A program made the translations under genes and the position numbers. Shown here in pieces: positions 20,501 through 28,770 of a DNA stretch of 64,000 nt. Source of the DNA: Candidatus Latescibacterota bacterium (lineage in GTDB: Bacteria > Latescibacterota > UBA2968 > UBA8231); contig CBDCDC010000002.1 of the NCBI GenBank assembly GCA_965215195.1, positions 2,656,001 through 2,720,000 of the forward strand, written 5' to 3'. Every line of letters starts with the position of its first letter. Positions within the stretch are counted from its first letter, which is position 1. The notes under the pieces were generated by a model. It did not search any database, was not told where the DNA came from, and saw only the letters and a list, made by a program, of their open reading frames with translations.

Positions 20501-20787
20501 GCCAGAATTCTGAGAGCGGTCAGCTTTATGCGGAAGCGACTATTGAGCCCCTCATGGGAGACACCCAAGAGCACATACGTATCCGCATCCACCACTGTAT
20601 CATCAGTAACTTCGACTGTCACCTCGATATCGGTCGCACCGGCGTCCTCGCGGACACTACTAGGATTCACCGACAGTTTTAAGTCCGACTGCGCCGCAGC
20701 CTCCCCGCTCCATCCCAACACCCAACCAGCGGCCAACAGCCAAGGCACAGAGGCCAGACGCTGCATCAACAACTTCGCATGTATCAT
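17506..20787 (-). CDS. Large secreted Calx-beta/Ig-like repeat protein with putative-Ig repeats and FlgD-Ig/T9SS-like C-terminal domain (paralogue 1)
   Basis: Signal peptide ...WSGEAAA; repeated REDAG.T / RD.DY / IPAG..SGT units; LPAGLAFDSATRTLSGTP repeats; NFPNPFNP...KKMLLLR tail. Confidence 0.88.
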   Translation of the reverse strand: MIHAKLLMQRLASVPWLLAAGWVLGWSGEAAAQSDLKLSVNPSSVREDAGATDIEVTVEVTDDTVVDADTYVLLGVSHEGLNSRFRIKLTALRILAGEKKAVGTLTLIPIDDDVVDEDLPIEIRGNAGIKTVELTTITLVDDDKDSRNINLSVDIVELNRFDDATEIAVTATLDGKVLRQATSFVLTIGDHPDLGANPNADTDGNGTIDAADATKDNREAQRDLDYTVTLETLTIPRNSVSGTATIILTPKNRLPGTIRIASPDNDTDEDAPGIQIEDDGLTLRPVDIRMRKEVAATADAITLSQERVREDAGETTIELKVTLTNALIEDETVRLVILPDGAVLPSGDTVTGTPTRDVHYRLVFGPPLIIPAGSVSGTTTFTLIPIDDNAVVPRGPIYIKVAIGDVSATKTIVIADDDANSTNISLTAEPATISEGAGATHVAVTGTLDGKVFDDDVVVLLTIDPDPKDADAIGTVVDVAEATRDIDYSAALRPLTIPAGSVSGTTTITVIPIDDGIVEGDEKIRLTVPSANNQITADAGDADITVTVGIVDITLKDPGEGGEPFFSAGASIADQTYTAGTAIADLVLPEASGGDGTLTYRISALPAGLAFDSATRTLSGTPAEATNGAVTVTYTAIDDDDDTAMLTFTITSAEKGAVLAFSARASIADQTYTAGTAIADLVLPEAMGGAGDLRYRVLTLPAGLAFDSVTRTLSGTPAAATDCPVPVTYMVTDSNRDAAELTFSITVRTTGLPPVVAAGLTAEPAVIREDAAETEVSLIFTLAAASVADESVRFAIVAPSDGPAAMRDVDYMAELEALITIPAGTTEGTATLTLTPINDDTEEGLKGLGVQATLVSTGQTLLADIEIRDDETPSTSISLSADPNALSENAALTTVAVTATLDGKALAEDATVRLAIDDASTATRDLDYAALFTPVIEIPAGSITGTVNFYIDPRADNLEEGDEIIRLIGTIDGLEGDEVEIALSDPGAEQAAKAVVQTRPEAFSLANNFPNPFNPTTTIQYALPTAADVELIVYNAVGQAVRTLVAEHQSAGRYVVEWDATNDRGHSLSSGMYFYHLQAGGEFREVKKMLLLR

Positions 20788-20839
20788 TATTAGTCTCCCC
20801 AGGGAACAACTCTCTAATAAGAGTAGGTATGATATTAAG

Positions 20840-20875
20840 AAATAGGGCCTCAAGTTGACGTTTGAGGCCCTATTT
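20840..20875. terminator. Hairpin terminator after paralogue 2
   Basis: aaatagggcctcaa / ttgaggccctattt. Confidence 0.72.
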
Positions 20876-20900
20876 TGCTAACTCGCTGTGCCGTGAGTGC

Positions 20901-23900
20901 TTACTTGAGCAACAGCATCTTCTCGACTGCGGCGAACTCTCCCCCGGCCTGCAGGCGGTAGAAATACATCCCCGACGATAAGCTGTGCCCGCTGTCGTCG
21001 GTCGCGTCCCACTCCACCACGTAGCGACCGGCGCTCTGGTGCTCGGCCACCAGCGTCCGCACTGGCTGCCCGACGACGTTGTACACGGTTAGCTCCACGT
21101 CCGCCGCTTGCGGCAGCGCGTATCGGATGGTCGTCGCCGGGTTGAACGGGTTCGGAAAGTTGTTCGCCAACGCAAACGCGGCCGGCAGCGTCTGCAACGA
21201 TAGCGACGCGCTCGCGCCGTTGGCGTCCGTAACCGCGTACGTATATGCGAACTCACCCTCGGCCATCGGCGTACCCGCAATGGTCCGCGTGGCCGCGTCA
21301 AACGACAAGCCCGCCGGCAGGGCCGGCGAGAGGTGATACGTCAGGGGTGCGGTGCCGCCCGAAGCCTCCGGAAGCGCGAAGCTCTCCACGGGCTGGCCAA
21401 CGATGAATTCGCGGATTTCAACCAAGTCGGGCGAGCCCGTCGGAATGACCTTACCGGCCACACTGCCGAACAATTCGAAAAACTTTGCAAAACTCAGCGG
21501 GGGATTGACCGTGATGGAGAAGGTCAACGCGGCCGCGGTGCCATCGCTGTCGATGACCGTGTAGGTGACGACGACCGCGCCATTGGTCGCTTCCGCAGGT
21601 ATGCCCGCAATGGTCCGCGTGGCCGCGTCAAACGACAAGCCCGCCGGCAGGGCCGAGACGCTGTACGTCAAGTCGCCCGTGCCGCCCAAAGCGGCCGGCA
21701 GTACGAGATCGTCAATCGCCCCCTCGGCCGTGTACTCTTGGTCGGCGATCGAAGCGTCGTCCGCGAAGGCAAGGGACGAATCCTTCGGCTCCTGCGGCGG
21801 CTCCGGCTCCGGCTCCTGCGGCGGCTCTACCGTTGCTCGGTCGCTCAGCGTGATCTCCACCTCGTCTCCGACCAGACCTGCAATCGCACCGGTCAGCCTG
21901 ATGGTCTCGTTGCCCTCCGCTACAGTGTCGTCAATTGGTTGGACTGCAAACAGTATTGACCCCGTTATCGAGCCGGCCGGAATCACGAGCAGCGGCTTGA
22001 ACAGCGCCACGTAGTCCACATCGCGCGCCGCTGTTGACGCACCATCAATGGACACGGTCACGGTTGTGTCCTTTAGCAACGCCTTCCCGTTCAACGTAGC
22101 AGTCACCGTAATAGCGGTCTCACCGCCTTCCTCGCTTACCGTGCGCGGACTCGCCGACAGCGAGATGGACGTACTAGGCGTTTCGTTGTCGGCAATTTCG
22201 ATGTCCGTCAATACAGTCGCACCAGAAGCGAATGTAGCTTGCACACCTAACACTCTCGGGCCATTCGCCTCGGCGTTGTCAATGGGGTTCAGGGTGAGCG
22301 TCGTCGTCCCAACGGTAGCACCGGCCGGAATGGTGCTGACCGCCCCCAGTACCGCCGTGTAGTTCAAATCGCGCACGGCCGGCGTACCCGCACTTGGAGC
22401 GACAAGCGTGAACGTCACTCTCTCGGCCGTGGCCTTGGGAGCCGCCATGGTCACGGTCAGGAAAATTTGCGTGGTTTCAGCGTCCTCGCGGATCGACGAA
22501 GGAGCCGCCGTCAGCTCAGCGTCCGCAACCGGGGGCTGGGGCGGCGGCGGCGTCTCAGTCGCCTCGACCGCGATGGAGAAGGCCAACGCGGCCGCGGCCC
22601 CGTCGCTGTCGATCACCGTGTAAACGATGCTGGACGTTCCGGCCACTGTCGGCGTACCCGAAAGCGTCCGCGTGGCCGCGTCAAACGCCAAGCCCGCCGG
22701 CAGGGTCGAGACGCTGTACGTCAGGGTGCTGTCGCCGCCCGTAGCTTCCGGCAGTACGAGCGCGGCAATCGCGGTCCCAACCGCGTACTCTTGATCGGCG
22801 ATCGAAGCGTCGTCCGCGAAGGCAGGGATCTTCGGATCCGGCGGCTCTGGCTGCGGCTCTTCGTCCTCGGTGTCTTTCAGCGTTATCGTCGCTGGAGTGA
22901 CCTCCAGCTCTTGGAGGTCTCCGTCATCATCTTCGGCTATGGGCGGTTTAGACGCCAGCGTCGTCAAGCGGAACTTCTCGTCGTCTTCCTCCCCGTCGTT
23001 GGCGGTGGGCGTGACGGTGAACGTCGTCGTCCCCGACACCGAGCCGCCCGGAATCACCAACGGCCTCGGGATGGCTGTGTAGTCTGCATCGCGCGTCGCC
23101 GCCATATCATCGTCATTCACCTCGCCATCGCCATTAATATCGTTATCAATGACCAAGGGCACGATCACGTTATCGTCGAACACCTTCCCGTTCAAGGTGC
23201 CGGTCACCGTAACCTCGGTCGCACCCGCTCCCTCGTTTATCTCGGCCGGACTCACCTCTAACGTGATCGAATCGCTCGTCGTGTCGTCGTCGGTAATCAG
23301 GATTCCGGTGACGAAGGATTCTTGGGTTCCAACCCTCGCATTCACCTTGAAAGCCCTCGGCGGATCATTGTCTTTGTTGTTGATGGGGGTGACGATGATC
23401 GTCGTCGTCCCTTCTGTCTCGCCCTTGGGAATGATGAGCGGCTGCGGTTCCGCATAGTAATCCACATCGCGCTCCGCATCCACCGCGCTATCGAAAGCCT
23501 CGCCCAGACCGTCGCTGTCGTCATCAATAGTGAACTGCACCTTCTCGTCAGCCAACAAGGCGTTCTCCAAGGAAACTTTCAGGGTGACCTCCTTCGCCCC
23601 CGCGTCCTCGCGGATTGAGAAAGGAGTCGCCGTCAGCCCGGTAATCTCTTTAGCGGGATCGCCCGTTATCTCGATTGAATTAGCATTAACCGTTATGGGA
23701 GTGTCCTCGTCATTAGTTAGGCCGGCGTCAGAATCAGCCTCCACCCAGATAAAGCCGGTTCCGTCGCCCGTTCCTTCGTCCTTGGGGCGGATGATAATCG
23801 TTGCCCTCCCCGACACCTTGCGATCTGGAATGGTTATGGTGGCCATTATCGCAGTGTAGTCCAAATCGCGTCTCAAGCCAGATGCTTCACTTCTTGCTTC

Positions 23901-24872
23901 ATCAATAGTTAAAGAAAAACGCAGATCTTTTCTTTGCTTCTTGCCATTTAGGGTGGCCGTCACCACGATATTGGTTGTACCATCCCTCCTGCTTAGATCG
24001 GCATCAGAGAACGAAAGATTGATCTCACTGCTTTGCTTATCCGTGTCGATCAGCGTAATCGCTGTACTCTTGACGACCCTATCAGCGGCGGCGTTACCCT
24101 CAATCGCGATAGTGAGATCATTGTTGTCGGTTTCTTCACTAATGGGGGTGAAGGCGATCGTCCCGGTCGCCTCTTTCTTGCCCTTCGGAATCAGGAGGGT
24201 GGGCAGCGTTATGCGGAAGCGACTATTGAGCCCTGCGGATTCTCCGAGACCCAAGACCACATACGTATCCACATCCACCGCTGTATCATCAGCAACTCTG
24301 ACTTTCACCGCGACATTGGTTTTACCGGCGTCCTCGCGTACACTATTGGGATTCACCGACAGAATATAGTCCGCCCGCACCGTTATCTCCGATGCAAAAT
24401 ACGTGGGGATAGAACTAGCACCGTCACCGTCGACCTCCACCTTCATCCTTACCCAATACATACCAGTATTAATATCGGCGTCAGTAAAGGTGTGGGTGCT
24501 GTTGCTGCTACTATACTCCGCTTCAGAGCCGCCGATGGGGCCTGAAGCGGTAGTAAGATCAGAAGGAATCGCACCCGAATATAAACCCACCGTGTAGGAG
24601 GTGGCAGGGTTCCCATTATCCGCACCAGTGCCGAAATTCTGCGAATCAGACGTACTCCATTCCACAGTAATCGAATGGGGCCACGCGACCAAGTCATAAG
24701 TCAAAACCAAATTGGGATCGGTGGCATGAGGATGATCCGCCGCAGTGCTATGACCTGACGTAGCGTTCACATCAGCCGCAGCCTCCCCGCTCCATCCCAA
24801 CACCAAACCGACGGCCAGCAGCCAAGGCATGTAAGCCAAGCACCGTATCAACAACTTTGTATATATCATCAC
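20901..24872 (-). CDS. Large secreted Calx-beta/Ig-like repeat protein with FlgD-Ig/T9SS-like tail (paralogue 2)
   Basis: Same signal peptide family, same repeat units, Pro/Glu linkers, NFPNPFNP...KMLLLK tail. Confidence 0.88.
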   Translation of the reverse strand: MMIYTKLLIRCLAYMPWLLAVGLVLGWSGEAAADVNATSGHSTAADHPHATDPNLVLTYDLVAWPHSITVEWSTSDSQNFGTGADNGNPATSYTVGLYSGAIPSDLTTASGPIGGSEAEYSSSNSTHTFTDADINTGMYWVRMKVEVDGDGASSIPTYFASEITVRADYILSVNPNSVREDAGKTNVAVKVRVADDTAVDVDTYVVLGLGESAGLNSRFRITLPTLLIPKGKKEATGTIAFTPISEETDNNDLTIAIEGNAAADRVVKSTAITLIDTDKQSSEINLSFSDADLSRRDGTTNIVVTATLNGKKQRKDLRFSLTIDEARSEASGLRRDLDYTAIMATITIPDRKVSGRATIIIRPKDEGTGDGTGFIWVEADSDAGLTNDEDTPITVNANSIEITGDPAKEITGLTATPFSIREDAGAKEVTLKVSLENALLADEKVQFTIDDDSDGLGEAFDSAVDAERDVDYYAEPQPLIIPKGETEGTTTIIVTPINNKDNDPPRAFKVNARVGTQESFVTGILITDDDTTSDSITLEVSPAEINEGAGATEVTVTGTLNGKVFDDNVIVPLVIDNDINGDGEVNDDDMAATRDADYTAIPRPLVIPGGSVSGTTTFTVTPTANDGEEDDEKFRLTTLASKPPIAEDDDGDLQELEVTPATITLKDTEDEEPQPEPPDPKIPAFADDASIADQEYAVGTAIAALVLPEATGGDSTLTYSVSTLPAGLAFDAATRTLSGTPTVAGTSSIVYTVIDSDGAAAALAFSIAVEATETPPPPQPPVADAELTAAPSSIREDAETTQIFLTVTMAAPKATAERVTFTLVAPSAGTPAVRDLNYTAVLGAVSTIPAGATVGTTTLTLNPIDNAEANGPRVLGVQATFASGATVLTDIEIADNETPSTSISLSASPRTVSEEGGETAITVTATLNGKALLKDTTVTVSIDGASTAARDVDYVALFKPLLVIPAGSITGSILFAVQPIDDTVAEGNETIRLTGAIAGLVGDEVEITLSDRATVEPPQEPEPEPPQEPKDSSLAFADDASIADQEYTAEGAIDDLVLPAALGGTGDLTYSVSALPAGLSFDAATRTIAGIPAEATNGAVVVTYTVIDSDGTAAALTFSITVNPPLSFAKFFELFGSVAGKVIPTGSPDLVEIREFIVGQPVESFALPEASGGTAPLTYHLSPALPAGLSFDAATRTIAGTPMAEGEFAYTYAVTDANGASASLSLQTLPAAFALANNFPNPFNPATTIRYALPQAADVELTVYNVVGQPVRTLVAEHQSAGRYVVEWDATDDSGHSLSSGMYFYRLQAGGEFAAVEKMLLLK

Positions 24873-24924
24873 TCAACCTCCTTGAGGAAAGCATCCCTAT
24901 AATTGCCTGTTGGTTTATAGTCAG

Positions 24925-24959
24925 GAAATGGGGCCTCTCTCAAACTGAGGCCCCATTTC
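24925..24959. terminator. Hairpin terminator after the orphan tail
   Basis: gaaatggggcctc / gaggccccatttc. Confidence 0.7.
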
Positions 24960-24987
24960 ACTAACTCGCTGTGGCGTGGGTGCTTAC

Positions 24988-25030
24988 TTACTTGAGCAGC
25001 AGCATCTTAACTGCGTGGAACTCGCTCCAT
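24988..25030 (-). pseudogene. Orphan 3' end of a FlgD-tail gene (EFHAVKMLLLK*)
   Basis: Matches the last codons and downstream actcgctgtg spacer of the neighbouring paralogues but has no upstream coding body. Confidence 0.7.
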
Positions 25031-25209
25031 TTGTCAAAGATATTGCACAAGCCCTGTCGTAGCAAGCACAGACAAGAATGGACTTTGAAAATTACATGGG
25101 CGGCGAGGGACGGACCGGCGCAGTCTCGCGTCGTATCACCCTCCAGCCGCCGCGAGACTAGTTTCAACAGGCGGAAAAGTGCTTTGAAACCGAATCGGGT
25201 TGAATAGTA

Positions 25210-25245
25210 AAAGGGGACCCCACCTTGCGGTTTGAGGTCCCCTTT
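25210..25245. terminator. Hairpin terminator after paralogue 3
   Basis: aaaggggacc / ggtccccttt. Confidence 0.7.
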
Positions 25246-25269
25246 CACTAAATCGCTGTGCAGTGGGTG

Positions 25270-27693
25270 CTACTTGAGCAACAGCATCTTCTTGACTTCG
25301 CGGAACTCACCACCCGCCTGCAGGTGGTAGAAATACAACCCCGACGACAAGCTGTGCCCGCTGTCGTTGGTCGCGTCCCACTCCACCACATACCGACCCG
25401 CGCTCTGATGCTCGGCCACCAGCGTCCGAACCGCCTGACCAACCACGTTATACACGGTCAGTTCCACGTCCGCCGCCTGCGGCAACGCATACCGGATCGT
25501 CGTCGCCGGGTTGAACGGGTTCGGATAGTTATTCGCCAACGCGAACACCGCCGGCCGCGTCTGCAACGCCACCGGAGCCGGCAGCACCAAGCGGTTGAAG
25601 CCAACGCTGTCATACGTCTGGCTGTCGGTGATCTCGATGACCGTGCTCTCGATCTCCGTCGTCGGCCGGAACACCAAGCTCAGCCCCACCTCCCCGTCGG
25701 AGACCACCGCGCCGTGAGCGACCAGCGCCAACACGCCGGCGTCGTCGGACAGCACCTGCGGGGCAGCCAACGCACTCCCGCCCAGCGGCTGATCGGTCAA
25801 CGCCTCGACGAACTCCAGCTTGTCGGCGTCGTATTGCACCTGCAAGCCGTAGCCCTTGACCGCGACGAAGTCGGCCATGCGCACGTCAAGGACGAAGTCC
25901 TCACCCACGCTGGGCAGCGCCGTGCGCGCATCCACATACAGTCGCGCCTCTGCGTTCAGACCGGCGAACAGGGGCACGCGCTTGCCAGCGGCAGCCGTAC
26001 TGCGACCAAAGTGATCGGCAAAGACGAAGAAATCGTCGAAGTCGATCGCCGCACTCGGTGCCAAGTCAAACGCCGGATCAAAACCAACGTCTTCGGCCGT
26101 CAAACCGAAGAAATCCGCTAGAATGAAGAAGTCGTCGAAGCCTACGCGGTTGTCCGCGCCGAATAGGCCGAAGAGGGCGCGCCCTTCGCTATCGACCACG
26201 CGGTTGCGCACGGCCAGCGCCGTCTGCTCAAGCTCGGAACCCGTCTCGTTGTCTGCGTCGTAGGGCCGCACCTGATAGGTGTAGCGCACCCCGTTGAGCG
26301 CCGTCGCATCGACAAAGGACGCAACGCCGGCATCGACTTGCGCGACCAAGACGAATTCGTCTTCGCCCGCTGCACGGCGATAGATGCCGTAGCCACGCAC
26401 ACCGACGACGGGCTCAGTCGTGGCCGGACCAATGGCTCCGGCCACGACGCCCTGCAAGAGGCGATCAGATGGCGAGAGCGTCCACGTCAGGACGATGCGG
26501 CTGCCCTCGTCGTTGGGCGCATCCAAGACGCGGAGCGACGGCACGGCTTCCGGCGCGATATTGTCGATAGCGCGAACCGGCTCTTCCGTGACGGTGATGG
26601 CCGAATGTTGTATGCCCTCAACCTGCCTCAGCTTCGGGGCCACGCCTTGAGCGAAAGCAAGCGCTTCCGGCAGCAGCGAGGCGAACACCGGCGCATCACC
26701 GGCTTGAGCCGCTTCCCGGCTGGCCAGCAGCGTCTCGGCCATCAACTCGTAGGGCTGGTTCACGTCTGCGGCGCGGACGAATGCGGCCTTCGCAGCATCG
26801 TGCGTGGTGCGGCCTCCGCGCTCGGCGGCAATGCCCCAGTTGGTAGCGACATTGTCGAGCGTGGCGACGATGGCGCGGCCAATCTGCACGCCCGGCACGG
26901 CATCTACCATGGCCCAAGGAACCATCTCGCCGTCCAGCGCGGGTATTTCGCGGAAGATGCGATAACCGTCCAGCGTGTCGTGATCGTCCGACAGGTCCCA
27001 AGTCAGCAGGACAAAGCCGCCTTGGTCGCCAGCACCATCGGCACCCTTGTAGTCTTCGGCCACCAGCACGTCGGGAGCATCCAAAGACTGCTCCACGACC
27101 GCCACGAGGAACGGCAACGGCCGCGAAGCAGAAGCACCGCTGCCGTCCATGACCGTGTACGTAATCACGACAGGTTCGCTCAACTCGGTGGGCGTACCCG
27201 AGATCGTCCGCGTGGCCGCGTCAAACGACAGGCCCGCGGGGAGCCCGGATACGCTATACGTCAGCGGCGGGGTGCCGCCCGTAACCTCCGGCAGCGGCAG
27301 CGGCTCAATCGCCTTGTCCACCTCATACGTCCGTATAGTGTCCGGCAACTTCACCTCAATGCTGAACGGCGGCAACGACGTACTGGCATTGGCACCGTCG
27401 GTCACCGTGTACGTGTACTCCGTGGCCGGGGCCGCCGCTAGCGGCGTACCCGAGATCGTCCGCGTGGCCGCGTCAAACGTCAAGCCCGCAGGCAGGGCCG
27501 GCGCGAGGCTGTAGGTAAGCGGCGGGGTGCCGCCCGCAACCTCCGGCAGCGTCAGCGGCGCTATCGCCGTGCCCACCTCATACGTCAAGATTCCGGTCTC
27601 GTGTTCATCGGCCAAGGCGGTATGAGCACCGGGAAATAGGCCGCTTGCCCCCAAAAGAGCCAGCGAGACAAAAGTCAAAAACGTTCGCTTCAT
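25270..27693 (-). CDS. Secreted protein with putative-Ig repeats, FN3-like, dockerin/EF-hand-like, cohesin-like and FlgD-Ig tail domains (paralogue 3)
   Basis: Signal peptide MKRTFL...ALA; LPAGL.FDAATRTISGTP x2; Y.IYR..YTYQV; VGFDDFFILADFFG/IDFDDFFVFADHFG; VGEDFVLDV...GYGLQVQYD; NYPNPFNP tail. Confidence 0.85.
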   Translation of the reverse strand: MKRTFLTFVSLALLGASGLFPGAHTALADEHETGILTYEVGTAIAPLTLPEVAGGTPPLTYSLAPALPAGLTFDAATRTISGTPLAAAPATEYTYTVTDGANASTSLPPFSIEVKLPDTIRTYEVDKAIEPLPLPEVTGGTPPLTYSVSGLPAGLSFDAATRTISGTPTELSEPVVITYTVMDGSGASASRPLPFLVAVVEQSLDAPDVLVAEDYKGADGAGDQGGFVLLTWDLSDDHDTLDGYRIFREIPALDGEMVPWAMVDAVPGVQIGRAIVATLDNVATNWGIAAERGGRTTHDAAKAAFVRAADVNQPYELMAETLLASREAAQAGDAPVFASLLPEALAFAQGVAPKLRQVEGIQHSAITVTEEPVRAIDNIAPEAVPSLRVLDAPNDEGSRIVLTWTLSPSDRLLQGVVAGAIGPATTEPVVGVRGYGIYRRAAGEDEFVLVAQVDAGVASFVDATALNGVRYTYQVRPYDADNETGSELEQTALAVRNRVVDSEGRALFGLFGADNRVGFDDFFILADFFGLTAEDVGFDPAFDLAPSAAIDFDDFFVFADHFGRSTAAAGKRVPLFAGLNAEARLYVDARTALPSVGEDFVLDVRMADFVAVKGYGLQVQYDADKLEFVEALTDQPLGGSALAAPQVLSDDAGVLALVAHGAVVSDGEVGLSLVFRPTTEIESTVIEITDSQTYDSVGFNRLVLPAPVALQTRPAVFALANNYPNPFNPATTIRYALPQAADVELTVYNVVGQAVRTLVAEHQSAGRYVVEWDATNDSGHSLSSGLYFYHLQAGGEFREVKKMLLLK

Positions 27694-27849
27694 GGTTTTC
27701 TCCTTTAAGTTAAGAATGTAATTTAGCGGGCACTTGTTCACCGAAGCGCACCAGCAAGTGGCTGGCTCTTGACGGGTGCCCCAGTTATTAGCAACAATTT
27801 ATTAACAAAGATAATAAGCACAAGCACTTTTTCGCAATTTAGTAATCGC

Positions 27850-28695
27850 ATGATCATCGACGTCCACAGCCACGCTTGGCAGTTCCCCGAGCATTTCACC
27901 GACCAGTTCCGCCAACAAGCGGCCCAAGTGGCCAAAGCCGGCGAAGCGTTGGATCTGACCGTCAGGTACGAAACTTATCGCGCCGGCGCGCAATCCTGCG
28001 ACAGGACCATCGTCTTCGGCGGCAAGGCCCGGCGCTCTGGTTTGTGGGTGGACGACCGCTATGTCGCCGATTACGTCGCCGCTCACCCAGAGGCCCTGAT
28101 TGGCTTCCTCTCGCTCGACCCCACCCAAGACGGCTGGGAGCAAGAAATGGCCTACGGGCACCAAGAACTCGGCCTCAAGGGCATCAAGCTGCTCTCCATG
28201 TACGCTGGCTTCTACCCGCACGACCCAAGCCTCGACCCGCTGTGGCACTACGCGGCCGAGCACGACCTGCCCGTGCTGCTACACACCGGCACTACCTTCG
28301 TCGCCCAAGCCCCGCTCAACTGCACCTTGCCGCGCCATCTCGACCCGGTGGCCATCCGCTTTCCGGAGGTCAAAATCATCATGGCCCACCTGTCGCATCC
28401 CTACGAGGGCGAGTGCGTGGCCGTCATCCGCAAACACCCCAACGTGTACGCGGACGTCAGCGCCCTCCACTATCGGCCTTTCCAGCTCTACCACAGCCTG
28501 ATGCTGGTACAGGAATACGGCGTCTGGCATAAGTTGCTCTTTGGCAGCGACTACCCCTTTACGACGATCGACGCCTCCATTGAGGGCCTATGCGGATTGA
28601 ACAAAATGCTCGCTGGCACGGCCCTGCCGCGCTTGGACGAGCGCGAGATCCACGCCTTAATTCACCGCGATAGCCTCGGCATCTTGGGGCTTTAA
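27850..28695 (+). CDS. Amidohydrolase_2 family protein
   Basis: IIDVHSH, GLKGIKL, PVLLHTG, IIMAH, NVYADVS, LLFGSDYP. Confidence 0.9.
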   Translation: MIIDVHSHAWQFPEHFTDQFRQQAAQVAKAGEALDLTVRYETYRAGAQSCDRTIVFGGKARRSGLWVDDRYVADYVAAHPEALIGFLSLDPTQDGWEQEMAYGHQELGLKGIKLLSMYAGFYPHDPSLDPLWHYAAEHDLPVLLHTGTTFVAQAPLNCTLPRHLDPVAIRFPEVKIIMAHLSHPYEGECVAVIRKHPNVYADVSALHYRPFQLYHSLMLVQEYGVWHKLLFGSDYPFTTIDASIEGLCGLNKMLAGTALPRLDEREIHALIHRDSLGILGL

Positions 28696-28770
28696 GGCTT
28701 GCGCCAGATCGCCTTTCCTCATTTAATCCCTTCTGTATCTCATACCCACCTCTTCCAAAGGAGTCGCTCT

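Noticed and set aside
28696-28770. Cobalamin riboswitch before the TonB receptor
   Set aside because: Only about 75 bp of intergenic DNA and no recognisable B12-box, so the transported substrate stays unassigned.
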